From the human T2T-CHM13v2.0 reference genome, Homo sapiens, in assembly GCF_009914755.1 (NCBI RefSeq), contig NC_060928.1: 64,000 bases of DNA; one strand, 5' to 3'. A program made the position numbers and the translations under genes. Each line of letters begins with the position of its first letter. Position 1 is the first letter of the stretch. Of this stretch, positions 1 through 12,159 are shown one piece after another. Below the pieces are notes generated by a model, which saw only the letters and a program-made list of their open reading frames with translations, had not been told where the DNA came from and ran no database searches.

Positions 1-241
1 TGAGTGCTTAGTGACAGAGAAGCTGCTCACATTGCAGGAGACTGTTTAGAGAACACATCAGAACTAGGAAAGAAAACCTTCATCTCTGGCAACGGCTCTA
101 ACCCTTTACTGACAAAGCTTAACATCATGCTAGCTAGGAAGAACATTTAATGTTCCCAGCTCCTTTTTTGTTGTTGTTGTTTTTTCCAGAAGAGGAAAGG
201 AAGGGTAAATGAAGTAGGACAATTAATTGACAAGTGGCACA
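1..241. mobile_element. Old LTR-retroelement fragment (ERVL/MaLR-class solo LTR relic, subfamily uncertain)
   Basis: Motif ctttactgacaaagcttaacatcatgctagct and terminus ...attgacaagtggcaca resemble recalled ancient LTR consensus ends. Confidence 0.4.
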
Positions 242-2283
242 AAATCCTTGTTACAAGCAAATAATTAATTGTATCTTTGCTTTAATTTGACAATGTGTGA
301 TTTTCAGAAACATATAAAAGTTTTTGTATATTAAAAAGAAACTGATATCTTACTATAGAGCGATTTATACTTATGGTTCAAAACTCTCTTTAGGTTCTGG
401 CAGGTGTATTCATTTTCCTCAAGGCTAGTGATTTGAGAGAGACCCTAAGCTGCTTGCAAGATTAGACAACTGTATTTATACAGTGATTTGGGATGACTTT
501 GAGGAGGAGCGAGAGATAAAGTACGGAATAAAGAAGTACAAGGTTTAAATATATATAGTATCAAAACAACAGCAAGAACAACCACAAAAAAAAACAAAAA
601 CAAACATATAAAGATGTAGAGTCCTTCTTCTACCTCTGTTCATACCCTACTAATTTACTGGCTTTGTATTCTCTGTAAGGATAAGCTATTTTTATGGACA
701 GAGCAGAGAATGAAAGTTTATACATAGTATGGGCAATTTTCTTCTGGCACAATACCCTTTAGAGATGTTCATTTTTTTCTAGTATTTTCTTCATTTTCAA
801 GAATTTGTAAATAAAAACAAAAATCTTTGGAAAAAGAGGAACTCAATGAACCAAAGCATTGAAGCATTGCTCCTATAATTCGTTTTAGTGATTAATAAAA
901 GTACAAGAAAATCAGACAAGATGTAAATATAAGCAGAATCATGATTAAAAATCCAATTTAACATTTAAGCTACAAATTAATTGTTATTTTTGATCAATAT
1001 GTTATTGATTCTTTTCACTGGGTCATCTTGTGTTTTCTCTGTGCTCGTGTTTTAACCTTTATATTTGAAAAACACATTTAAACTATGTAAGCCAATACTT
1101 TAAAGACCAGTATTTTTTATTTATTACAATTAAAACAACTTCAAAATGAACATGTTGGTTTAAACAAAAAGACTTTGAAAAAGTCTATATACACTTTGGA
1201 AAGTTCTGAGGAATAATACATAGTGTTTCTGATCTCTTGTGTTTTATTTCACATTTCATAAACAGCAATCTCCATAGTAGTACAACTTTTATGGTTGTCC
1301 AGGAGGTAAAACTAATTCAGATGAGTTATGTAAAATATATTTACACAATAAATTCAGTAAAGGTGTAACAATAAACCATGGGAAGAGGGGGATGCAGCCC
1401 ACCTACCCCAATTATAAAAGCCAATAAACCCATTCATCTATGATATATATTTTAGGACATACTATATGCATGTCAAAAGGAAAGTTCAGAGAAGTATATA
1501 GTATAGTATGGCTCCTGATTACAGTGAATTTGAATTATCATTTATTTCAGTCTACCAAATGTACAATGAACTGAAATATTCCAACCATTCTTCAAGAAGC
1601 TAGAGATACAAAAATGAACATGATATGGTCCAAATTTCTGCAGAAATAGTAGTGAATTTTCAAATATGATGGTAATGCAATATTTCATGGATATTGTTGA
1701 GTTCTAATTTAGATCTTGAGGAAAGGGTAGTCTTTAGTTACAAGGTAAACCAGTTTGGCTGGAATGCAAATCCTGGATAAGGATAGTGAGCTGGAAGGTA
1801 CAGTATCCATGCTGGAATTAATAGTATAGATTTACTCCAAGTAGGTGTTTCATGCAAATTCTAAAACCATATATTTCAAGTGATTGTTGCTTTGTTATTG
1901 CTCAGATAATGTCTTATAAACAATTATCCACTCTATGCCTAAAGTCATTTTTTGCGTTGCTATTTTATTTTAGGAACTCATGTGCAACTGCTTTCAGGAA
2001 ATGATTTTTTAATGTCTACTACAAATTGTTTCGGCTAAGACACTTCCCTGAGTTCTCTGTTGCTGAAATTTGGCCTGAATACTCCACTTTTCCATCCTCC
2101 AAGACCTCTATCATTTGAGATATTTCCTTTTTCTTACTTAATGGTATAGGTGGATACAGCCTCCTTACCTTACCTCTTTTTTTCCTAGCCTGAAGAAGAG
2201 TACTCAGAACTTTTTTTTTTAATTTAGAATTTATTGATCTTCATTATAAGATTGCTCCTATGATCTCTAGGCTACTACATTAC

Positions 2284-2682
2284 TGTATAAATCATTCTCA
2301 CACTGCTATAAAAACTACTGGAGACTGGGTAATTTATAAAGAAAAGAGGTTTAATTGACTCACAGTTCCACTGGCTCTACAGAAAGTATGGCTGGGAGGC
2401 CTTAGGAAACTTATAATCATGGCTGAAGGGTTAAAGGGAAGCAAGCACCTTCTTCACATAGTGGCACGAGAGAGTGTGTGTGTGTGTGTGCGAGAGAGCA
2501 AAGGGGGAAGTGCTACACACTTTCAAATAACCAGATCTCGTGAGAACTCACTCACGAGAACAGCAAGAGGAAGTCTGCCCCCATGATCCAGTCCAGTCAC
2601 CTCCCACCAGGTCCCTCCACCAACATTGGAAATTACAATTCAACATGAGATTTGTCTGGGGACACAGAGACAAACCATATGA
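2284..2682 (-). mobile_element. MaLR solo LTR, MSTA-like
   Basis: tgtataaatcattctcacactgctataaa...gagactgggtaatttataaagaaaagaggtttaattgactcacagttcca...caaaccatatga; near-TSD ATTAC/ATGAC; internal (TG)n. Confidence 0.9.
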
Positions 2683-3391
2683 ATGACCAGTCAGAATCCA
2701 AATAGATGACTACATTTGTTTTCATTCTCTGAAGATCTCATACCACCACTTTGCTTCTACCACCACCACTGCTCACACTACCATTAGTGGAGACTAGGGA
2801 TCTAGAAAACAGAGGTAGGGAGCCTCAGTACTATTTGCTCAATCTATTTCTTTATTTTTAGTTTTGGAATAAGTCTAGCTTTGGAAACTATTAAACATAG
2901 AACTACTGTAGAATTATTAAATAAATATTTTGTTTATTATATCATTTCCTCTTGCAAGAATTAAAGCTAAAGAAAAAATGAAAAATATTTGGAGTTTAGA
3001 TATTAAATCTTAGCTGGTTTCCACTAGTAACATATTTTGCATTTTTATGTAGTGCAATCATTATTCATAGAGTTCTTCAATAATATTTACTTAAAATTAT
3101 TTTTTCACCAGCCTTTTAACTCTAAAATGTGTTAGGAAAATACTTTTTTTCTTGGAGATAAGTGATATTTATTAATTGATTAATATCTTTATGTTCTGGC
3201 TTCACTATTAGATGACTATTTACTAACTCTGTATCTTAACATGATAAGAAATAATTATTTGAAATCACTTCATATAAATGAAGAGGCTATGTCTTTGGAA
3301 TAAGTAGTTAGAGTTTAGCATTATTCACAGTGGCATTTTAAATATTTATCTACTTGTGCCTCGTTGCCTTCATCTATTACATGTGAATGAC

Positions 3392-3530
3392 ACTCATTCA
3401 TTTCACACATTCATTCATTCATTGAACATTTTTTTTCAGCAACTAATTTATATATTAATATGAACTAGGTTAGCAACAGCCAATGCAGAGGAAAGACAAG
3501 GCATTGTCAATATATTTATAGCACTCATAT
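3392..3530 (-). mobile_element. L2 3' end relic
   Basis: (CATT)n run followed by gaacatttttttcagcaacta, typical of a reverse-complement L2 tail. Confidence 0.5.
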
Positions 3531-4089
3531 TTCTACTTTCAAATTAAATTACATAACCTATGCAAAATATTAATTTAATACACATTCAACTCAATTTGGT
3601 TATTCCCCCCGTCTTCCTTTCTTCCTTCTCCAATGCTAATTATAAATGACAGCTTCTTGCTGATTGGGCTCAACACATGAGTCATATACCAATGGAGCAG
3701 ATGGAGTAGCTTCCTTGTTCTGTTTTGTTTAAGCTGATGTTGATTTCTAATTTCTAATGTACTTCATTTACTTATAAATTGTTATTGCTGCAGTTATTAT
3801 TTTGCAAGACTCATTTATAAGATAATATATAGAAAGTAACATTCGATGTATCAAATTTTTAAAGCTAATTTTAAAAATTAACTTGACATCTTGACTTTAT
3901 ATTCTTGATAGTTTCACTTAAAGAATATATAAAGTGATTTTGAAATTTCAAAAACAAGTATGGGAATTAAGATGGGTTTTGTGGAGAATAAAGTGGGTCT
4001 GATAAATTAATCCATTCCCCTGGGTTCAGATGCTATGTTTTATAATGTGGTAGAATTATGGAAATAACCATCTTCCCCGACGTAAAAGA

Positions 4090-4300
4090 AGTATGGCATA
4101 ATAACAGAATTCTAGACTAAAAACAGAGTATTAAGATCTATTCCCATTTATAACTCATAACTCATTAGCTTGTGACTTTAGGAAATTTGCATTATTTCAT
4201 TTTCCACAGTTTCTGTCTATAAAATAGAAATAACAATATCTTTGGATGCTTCAAAGGGTTATTGTAAGAATAAATGAAATATATATCAAAATGTATTCTG
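4090..4300 (+). mobile_element. MIR SINE relic
   Basis: Core-like ttagcttgtgactttaggaaat...cagtttctgtctataaaatagaaataacaata...gggttattgtaagaataaatgaaat. Confidence 0.7.
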
Positions 4301-4569
4301 ATATGTATAAAATGCCATAATATTTTATCAGTGTGAACTTCCAAATCTCTATGTAGGGGAGGCTTAGAGGTTGCAATCTGGTTGGAAGTAGACTCTGGCA
4401 GGGACTCATTCGGAGCTGGATTTTTTTTTTTTTTTAAGACTACAATGTTTTGGTCTTAGACTTTTTTTGTTTTTCCTTAAAACTACCATGATAGGCATGC
4501 TATCTTTTACTTCAATCGCATATTAATTTTGAGGGAGTTAGAGTGAGGCTGGAATTCTGGGGCTTAAAC

Positions 4570-5102
4570 TGTGTTAGTTATCTCTATCTTTGTGATAGAT
4601 TATCCTAAATTACAAAATTTATTATCTCCCAATTTCTGTGAATCAGGTATCTGGAAGTAGCTTAGCTGAGTCCTTTGGCTCAGCATCTCTCATAAAGCTG
4701 CATTCAAGCTGGCCTGCAGTTGTCTCAGGACTTGACTGGGGAATGACCCACTTTCAAGCTCAGTCACATGGTCTTTGGCAGGATTTAGTTTCTTGCTGGT
4801 TATTGAATGGAGGCCACAGTTCCTCAGTAGCTGTTAACCTCCTTGCCACATTGATCTCTCCATATGTAACGGACAAAATGGCAGCTTATTTCCTCTAAGG
4901 GAGCACATGAGACGAGTCCAGAGAATGAGAGCAGGACAGAAATCACAGTATTTTATGACCTAACCTCAGAAATGTTATCCCATCACTTTTGCTGTATTCT
5001 ATTCATTAGAAGCAGATTACCAAATACATTGCATACATGAGAAAGGAAAATTACATAAAGTGCATGAACACCAGGGAGCCCTTTTAGTAGCTACCTACCA
5101 CA
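4570..5102 (-). mobile_element. MaLR solo LTR, MLT1F/G/H-like
   Basis: tgtgttagttatct start; gaatcaggtatctggaagtagcttagctgagtcctttggctcag; catcacttttgctgtattctattcattagaagc; ...ctaccaca end. Confidence 0.8.
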
Positions 5103-5221
5103 TCAGCCACATGACATAGATTATGGGTTTTTCTTGCTCCTTCTCAACCTCCAACTGTCATACCAACCATGGAATATATATTTTTCTTTATATTTCTATG
5201 CTGGGTCTAACATGAAGAACA

Positions 5222-5528
5222 ACAGGAGAAATGGGGAAATGTAGGTCAAGGGATACAAGGTAGTAAATATGCAGGATTAACAAGTGGAGAGATCTAATGC
5301 ACAACATATGGACTACAGTTAATAATAGTGTATTGTATTCAGGATTTTTGCTAAATGAGTAGATTGCAGCTGCTCTTGCCATAGGGAGAAAATGGGTAAC
5401 TATGTGAGATGATGTACAAGTTAATTTGTTCCACATTTGTAACCACTTTACTATATCTACATATATGTATCTTATAACATCATGTTATATGCCTTAAATA
5501 TACCCAATAAAAGTTATTTTTTAAAAAA
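5222..5528 (+). mobile_element. 5'-truncated L1M 3'UTR fragment
   Basis: ggggaaatgtaggtcaagggatacaag...gagatctaatgcacaacat...gtaactatgtgagatgatg...aataaaag; candidate TSD AAGAACA at 5215-5221 and 5527-5533. Confidence 0.85.
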
Positions 5529-5559
5529 GAACAGATAGCCATTTCCCACATCTAAATGC

Positions 5560-5735
5560 AGTGAAGTACAGTAACAGAATTCTAGCCTAGAAATGGAATG
5601 TTAAGATTGAGCCCCATTTCTAGCTTATTAGATTGTGATTCTAGAGAACTCACTTTATCTCTTTTTCCTATATTTCCATCCTGAAATGGGAAAAAATGGT
5701 ATTTCTTATTGCTTCAAATAGTAGTTATTCCTAAG
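5560..5735 (+). mobile_element. MIR relic, apparent duplicate of the copy at about 4090
   Basis: ttattagattgtgattctagagaactcacttt...catcctgaaatgggaaaaaat; shares TAACAGAATTCTAG with the 4102-4115 copy. Confidence 0.55.
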
Positions 5736-7499
5736 AACGTAGTTGCCCACATTATGATTTGAACAAAGATGAAAGAAATATTCACCTCAGTAAAATTTCA
5801 TCACAAATCGCTTAAGTAAAAATGGATGTCCCACATGACAGAGCGTACCAGGTTTTCTCAGTTTCCCAAACATACAGACTCTAATTGCTTTTTAGATCAA
5901 ATAAGACAATTGCACACATAGAACCTTCAACCTCAGTGGTAATATATAAAAGTTAATTAAACCTTTTCTATTTGTTTTCTTCAAAGTTCAAATTCTTTAC
6001 GTTAAGGAATCTAAATACATTTGATTTGGAGATAGTATTGCCTGTGGTATTTCAATTATTAATATGGAGAATAAATATCGTTATTCATGTGCTGAAGTGA
6101 CTTTTCCACTTCAAAGTGGTGTCTGTAAAGGAAAATAATGAATAAAATCTGCATTTCTTACCTTTACCACGTCTATGGTCACAGACGCAACAAAGCCTAA
6201 TCTGATACCATAATATAATTTAGAAGTATTTTATTATGGCATTTGATATATGCAAGTACTCTACAGAATTGATAAATTTATACTTTTTACTTAGGAAATG
6301 ATTCTGCCCTCCATATTTGCTTATCATTTACTGCCAAAGAAGGGAGGAAGGAAGAGAGGGAAGCGGAAGAGCTGTAAGAAATAGTGACTTATCAGATTGG
6401 GAGTAAAAGACAAATACATATGGCTCTTGAAAAATGACCTAGAGGTCAAAAGATATTTTGCAGTGCATTTATGATTTTCACAAGTTTTTGGCACCTACTT
6501 GACATTTATGTCTTGAAAGAGAAAGATCAAAATGAAATGTGAATGCCTAATTTCACTAGTCTAATGTTTGAAGTGACAGAAGTGACCAGTGACCAGGACA
6601 AATTCATATGTAGCACACAGAAACTGATCCCATTCTAGTCTTACTTCTGACACACATTGTTGTTTGGCACAATGGAATTAACTAATTTCTCTTTCCCTGA
6701 ATCTCATCTGTCATGTCAGGCTAAAGGAATAATAGGGGAAACATAATTTTAGTTACTGTAAATAAAGTTTATGAATTTCACATTGTGGAAAAAATGTTAT
6801 TGTCCACTCAATATATGTATTTTGAAGGAATATTGACTGCATATTTAATTAATTTCTCTTTCAAAATCATGATACAACTACAGTAATTGCTCTCTTTATG
6901 GGAAAAAGGCTCTTTCTCTAGCGAAGCTTTATGATTCATAAACACTGACAAAAGATTCAAGGAATTCTGGCTTATGTAATTACTGGGCATGTATTTAATT
7001 GTTTTCCTTGGAATACTTGTTTATAGGATGATAGAATTAAAAAATAATTGAATCCTAAAATCTGAACTTCAAATTTCTATTTCTCTCTGATATTATGATT
7101 AATATAGCTATTTATTTGCAACAGTTCTCAGATCATTGTTTTTCTTTATAAGACAATTTTGTGGTGCAAGTATTACTTAATACAAAATACATTAATAAAT
7201 AAAGTTAAGTGTACCAAAGCAGATGCTGCTACTAAACACATGTTTCTTTGCTAGAATCAAGATATATTTAAGGACTGTTATGAGATTAGGAATCAAAGTG
7301 AATAATTTTGGATCTTTGCCATTGTTGAATGAATTTATTGTTTTTTAACACAGATTTTATTTCATATGTATGGCTTAGTCCTCAAATAGGTAAGACTTCA
7401 CTGAGACAGTTGTATTTAAAAATTTGATATAATTTTTATCAAACAGATTTGAATTTGAACAATAAGTACTAGATTTGAGGTATGAAAATGTGAGCCTTT

Positions 7500-8530
7500 G
7501 TGTCAAAATTAAAAACTTTTTGGCATTAAAGATGACTATCAAGAAAGTGAAGACAACCAATACAATGAAACTGTTTGAAAATCATGTATCTGATAAGAGA
7601 CTTATATCCAGAATACATAAAAAATTTGTATAATTCAACAATAAAAAGAAAAATAACCTAGTTTTAAAATGGGCATACCATTTGAATAGACATTTCTCAC
7701 TGTAAGATATATGAATGTCCAATAAGCACATGAAAAATGTGATCAATATAATTATTCATTAGGAAAATGCAAACCCAAACCACAATGAGATACCACTTGA
7801 CACTCACTAGGATGGCTTTCATCAGAAAGACAGAAAATAAAAAATATTAGCAAGGATATGGAGAAATTACAACACTATACTTTGCTGTTGGGGATGAAAA
7901 TGATGTGACTCCTTTGGAAAAAGTTTTAATTTTTAAAAATGTTAAATATAGAGTTAACATTTTTTGATATGGTAATAGTTTCTACTTCTAGATGTGATGC
8001 AATATCTACTCCTCGGTCTATACCCAAGATAAGTAAAAATATATGTTCACTTAAACCTGTACCTGATTTTCATAGCAATGGTATTCATAATAGCTCAATG
8101 TGGAAATAATGCAAATGTTCATCAATTGATTAATGGATTTAAAAATATGGTATATTCATACGGTAAAACATTATTCATCCATGAAAAATAAAACACTAGA
8201 ACATGAAGTAAACTTGAAAATACGCAAAGTCAAAGAAGGCAGAGAGAAAAGGCCATATATGGTATTATTCCATTTATATAAAATGTCCACAATAGGCAAG
8301 TCTATACAGACAGAAAGTAGATTAGTGCTTGTCAGGGAATGGAGGAGTGGGGAATGGGGAATGATAGTTAATGGGTATGGAGTATTTTTTTAAGGTGAGG
8401 AAAAATGTTCTGGAATTACATAGTGGTGATGGTTGAACAACTCTGACTATACTAAAAACCACTGAAGTGTACACTTTGAAAGGGTAAATTTTATTGTATA
8501 TGAATTATAACTCGATAAAACAATTATACA
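7500..8530 (+). mobile_element. L1MB-like 3' fragment (ORF2 C-terminal relic plus 3'UTR)
   Basis: tatctgataagagacttatatccagaata; aaatgcaaacccaaaccacaatgagataccact; acagaaagtagattagtgcttgtcaggg; tagtggtgatggttgaacaactctg. Confidence 0.9.
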
Positions 8531-9189
8531 AATGATAATAAAAAATCAGCAAGTAAGTATTGATGAATTAGGATATGTGCCATTCGGGAAACAAACAAGA
8601 TCCAAGGATAGTAATGCACAGGGATATATTTTAGAAATTAGTTTATGTTGGATTTTTCAAAAGCAGAAAAAGATGCAAACCTCTGAGTTTTCTGGATTTA
8701 AAATTGAATGCAGAATTGTCTACTAATGATATGAGAGTTACAAAACTTGAACTAAATCAAAAAGCCAGTGCTAAGCACTGAGAGATGTAATGTGTATTTA
8801 AATTAGTCCCTGCAGGGTTTGTAGCTTATGATTCTAATAAATAAATTCCAAAAGCAATAACACAGTATTATGTATAATGATTGATGTCCCAGTGATATAA
8901 ACATGCAGCTATAGGATTATACTTATTTTGCTTATTTAAATAACTGAGAGGTTACATTTTAGGAGAAATAAGTAATCTCTAAGTACACATTTAAGAAGCT
9001 TTGGAGTTGGCATATTTTTAAAATTTGCCCTTGTAATAGAAAAGGCCGTTGATTACTTGCTTTTAACGAATTAGTAACTTTTGCTTGATGAAGTAAAAAA
9101 GGTACAAAAAGTTAACTAATTAAGCAAGTGACAAAGAAAAAGCATACAAAATTCTTGTAGAGTTATCACAACTTAATTAACTCAGAATA

Positions 9190-9390
9190 TCCAATAATAA
9201 TCACTTTAAACATTTAATGTACTTTGTGAATACTATGTCTCATTTGACCCTTACAAAATCTGTGAGATAGGGCATCAGCCTATATTTCCAGATGAGAAAA
9301 TAGAGAAAATGAGATTAAATGTAATATTTCATAGTTGGATGATTTCTTAGAAAGCCATGATGAAAACCATGGATCTCCTGATATGATGAC
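9190..9390 (-). mobile_element. MIR relic
   Basis: tctcatttgacccttacaaaatctgtgagatagg...ttccagatgagaaaatagag. Confidence 0.6.
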
Positions 9391-9391
9391 T

Positions 9392-9393
9392 CA

Positions 9394-9424
<31 letters not shown>

Positions 9425-9429
9425 TTTTC
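9392..9429. repeat. (AT)n microsatellite followed by poly-T
   Basis: Directly visible. Confidence 0.95.
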
Positions 9430-10427
9430 TGTTAGACTAGTGTTGATTGCTCAGTGATATTGGTGGGATTGGAGTGGTAGGAGTGGTAGTGATGAAAGAC
9501 TAAAAGGAACAATGTTTTGATAAAGAAATATATTAGAGTCCATTTTTCACAGACTAAGAATAGGTAGTTCAAAATCTGAGAAGTAAAAAATTAAAAACAT
9601 AAAAACCTTGTAGAACAATTAGAAGATACATTTCTGAGTACAATTTATTATAAGATTATTGTGAAGTAGGATTTAGTTATTTATTTAAAAAAACTCAGAA
9701 GGTTCTCAGCATAAAAATATATGTTAGCAATTAGATTGTGTTTTCATATGCACTTAAAAAGTGTCTGGGCTGGTACTGTGTCCCCAAGACTAGTAAATAA
9801 TTATGTACGTTAGAAACAACCTACCATATGGTCCCTCTTCTCAAATGAAAAGTCAATTACTCTCTAATGAAGCATTTCAAAAGCATTTTGGCCATTTTCC
9901 AAATAAATCACTATTCAACATTTCTTTTTAGTAATGACAACTGACTTAATGGTGGCCCTGGTTTTTTATGCTTCCTCTCTTGCCTTATGTGAATGTAAAT
10001 CTAATCCTACCTTTAAAGACAACAGGATGTCACAGTACAGCACCCTTAGCTAGTTCAAGGCATGAAACAACTCTATCACTTAAGGATTTTGTGATGGCAG
10101 CTTCACATTAGTCCAGCAATTCAAGATGGAAATAGGACAATGTAACAGAGGACACAAAAGCTGTTGCTTTATGACTGAAGTTGCAGGATAGAGGTGAGCC
10201 TTGATTCTGTGTTATGTAGCTGGACTCCACAAAAACGCTACTACTACTCAGCATATTATGCACTCAATAGACTGGCCTGGTTTGGAAATGATGCCACAGT
10301 TTGCCCCATCATTACGTCTTCTCTCTCTTTTATTAATAAACTTTAGGTTCAGAAAACCCGTATTACAGAAGCACACTACAGGAGCACACTATTTTTTGTC
10401 TTTTTTTTTTTTTTTTTTGAGAAACAA

Positions 10428-10747
10428 TTTCTTTTTATTATTATTATTATTATTTAAGTTTTAGGGTACATGTGCACAATGTGCAGGTTAGTTACATATG
10501 TATACATGTGCCATGCTGGTGTGCTGCACCCATTAACTCATCATTTAGCATTAGGTATATCTCCTAATGCTATCCCTCCCCGCTCCCCCCACCCCACAAC
10601 AGTCCCCAGAGTGTGATGTTCCCCTTCCTGTGTCCATTTGTTCTCATTGTTCAATTCCCATCTATGAGTGAGAACATGCGGTGTTTGGTCTTTTGTCCTT
10701 GCGATAGTTTCCTGAGAATGATGATTTCCAATTTCATCCGTGTCCCT
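10428..10747 (-). mobile_element. Young, heavily 5'-truncated L1PA (L1PA2/3-like) 3' end
   Basis: Near-consensus ttaagttttagggtacatgtgcacaatgtgcaggttagttacatatgtatacatgtgccatgctgg...tgagaatgatgatttccaatttcatcc; (TTA)n tail. Confidence 0.95.
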
Positions 10748-11171
10748 GGATTACCTGATGTAACATTTTTCCTTCTTTTATTTTTCACAGAAATTATTTT
10801 ATTAACATCTTTTTCTTTTGAGATATAGAGTAGTGAGTTCCTGTAATATTCAAACAAACATTATTCACAGGAATCATTATTTTCCTCTGCCTCCAGTTCA
10901 ATAACAATTTTCTTTTTCAGTCAGATGATAGATACTTTTACATATCACATCTCACTAACTCCTAAATAAGTGTGATCATATATGTTTCTATTATACACCC
11001 TTTTCGTTTCCTTTATCCCTCATTTTTCTTTGCGTTTCTTTTTTTCTTTTTACAGCAAACAAAGCTCTTTATTTAGCTATCTTTAACAATGTAGTAAAAT
11101 TGTAATTTTTGTTAGATATTTAATATTGTTATTATCCAAAATAACATTTGAAGATTGTCACTTACCCAATC

Positions 11172-11259
11172 AGAAAAAAAGAAAGAAGGAAGAAAAAAGC
11201 AAAAAGGCAAAGAAAGAAAGGAGACAAAGAAAGCAAGGGAGGAAGGAAAGGAAAAAAGA
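11172..11259. repeat. GA-rich low-complexity tract
   Basis: aaagaaagaaggaagaaaaaagcaaaaaggcaaagaaagaaagg... Confidence 0.85.
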
Positions 11260-11443
11260 TTGTTAAGCCTTCATTTCTTAAAACTTGAAACATATTTGCT
11301 TACTCTAAGTGGCAGCATGGTAGTTCTATGTAAAAACACTTTGTCATTAAAACACCAACAAAAGCCCTTTAGCGCTTTGTTGAACCAGAGAATCTCATCT
11401 GGATCAGATTTTTTTCTACTTTATTCAATTCTACCTATCACGT

Positions 11444-11513
11444 TTTTATTTTATTTTATTTTATTTTATTTTATTTTATTTTATTTTATTTTATTTTATT
11501 TTATTTTATTTTA
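11444..11513. repeat. Perfect (TTTTA)14 pentanucleotide repeat
   Basis: Counted directly: A at every fifth base from 11448 to 11513. Confidence 0.97.
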
Positions 11514-11787
11514 CCACCATGAGCTGTGCTCTAATATCACTTTCTTATATCAGGGCTCTTCATTTCCATCTTTTCCATGTCAACTTGCTCACTAATGTTT
11601 TCATGGGCTAGGATCCTCCCATATTTTCCATGAACTGCTGTTTGTTTGCTTCAGCATGCTTGCTTGACAACCCACATCCTTTTTCTAACCTGAGTGCTCT
11701 ATGCTTGCTTTCTACATGCCTCTGTGATAAACAGATTCTTTTATTCTGCAATGTTTGTCAGAAAAGAAAGAAGTTGGATTTAGGTTA

Positions 11788-12159
11788 TGCTATGGTTTGA
11801 AAGTGTCCCCCAAAGTTCATGTGTTGGAAACAACCTCCAATGCAACAGTGTTGACAGGTGGGACCTCTAAGAGGTGGTTAGGTCATGAGGGCTCTGCTTT
11901 CCTGAATGGATTCATGTTGTTACCCTAGGAGTAAGTTCGCTATCTAAAGAGTAGTTTTCTTATACTATCTCTGGCAAGCTCTCTCTCCATGTGATACCTC
12001 CTACCATGTGATGACACATCAAAAAGATCATCATAAGGTGTGGCCCCCCAATCTTGGACTTCCTAGCCTTCAGTACCATTCAGCCAAGTAAACTTCCATT
12101 GCTTATAAATTACCCAGTTTGTGGTATTCTCTTATAGCAGCACAAAACAGAGTAAAACT
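11788..12159 (+). mobile_element. MaLR solo LTR, MSTC/MSTD-like
   Basis: tgctatggtttgaaagtgtcccccaaagttcatgtgttggaaac...ataaattacccagtttgtggtattctcttatagcagcacaaaacag. Confidence 0.9.

Noticed and set aside
6120-6165. Strong minus-strand donor AAG|GTAAGA next to an acceptor
   Set aside because: Only about 40 nt apart, below workable intron size
11155-11595. 146-aa ORF with a basic N-terminus and LFYFI repeats
   Set aside because: Made from the GA-rich tract and (TTTTA)14; non-ATG start; no recognisable domain
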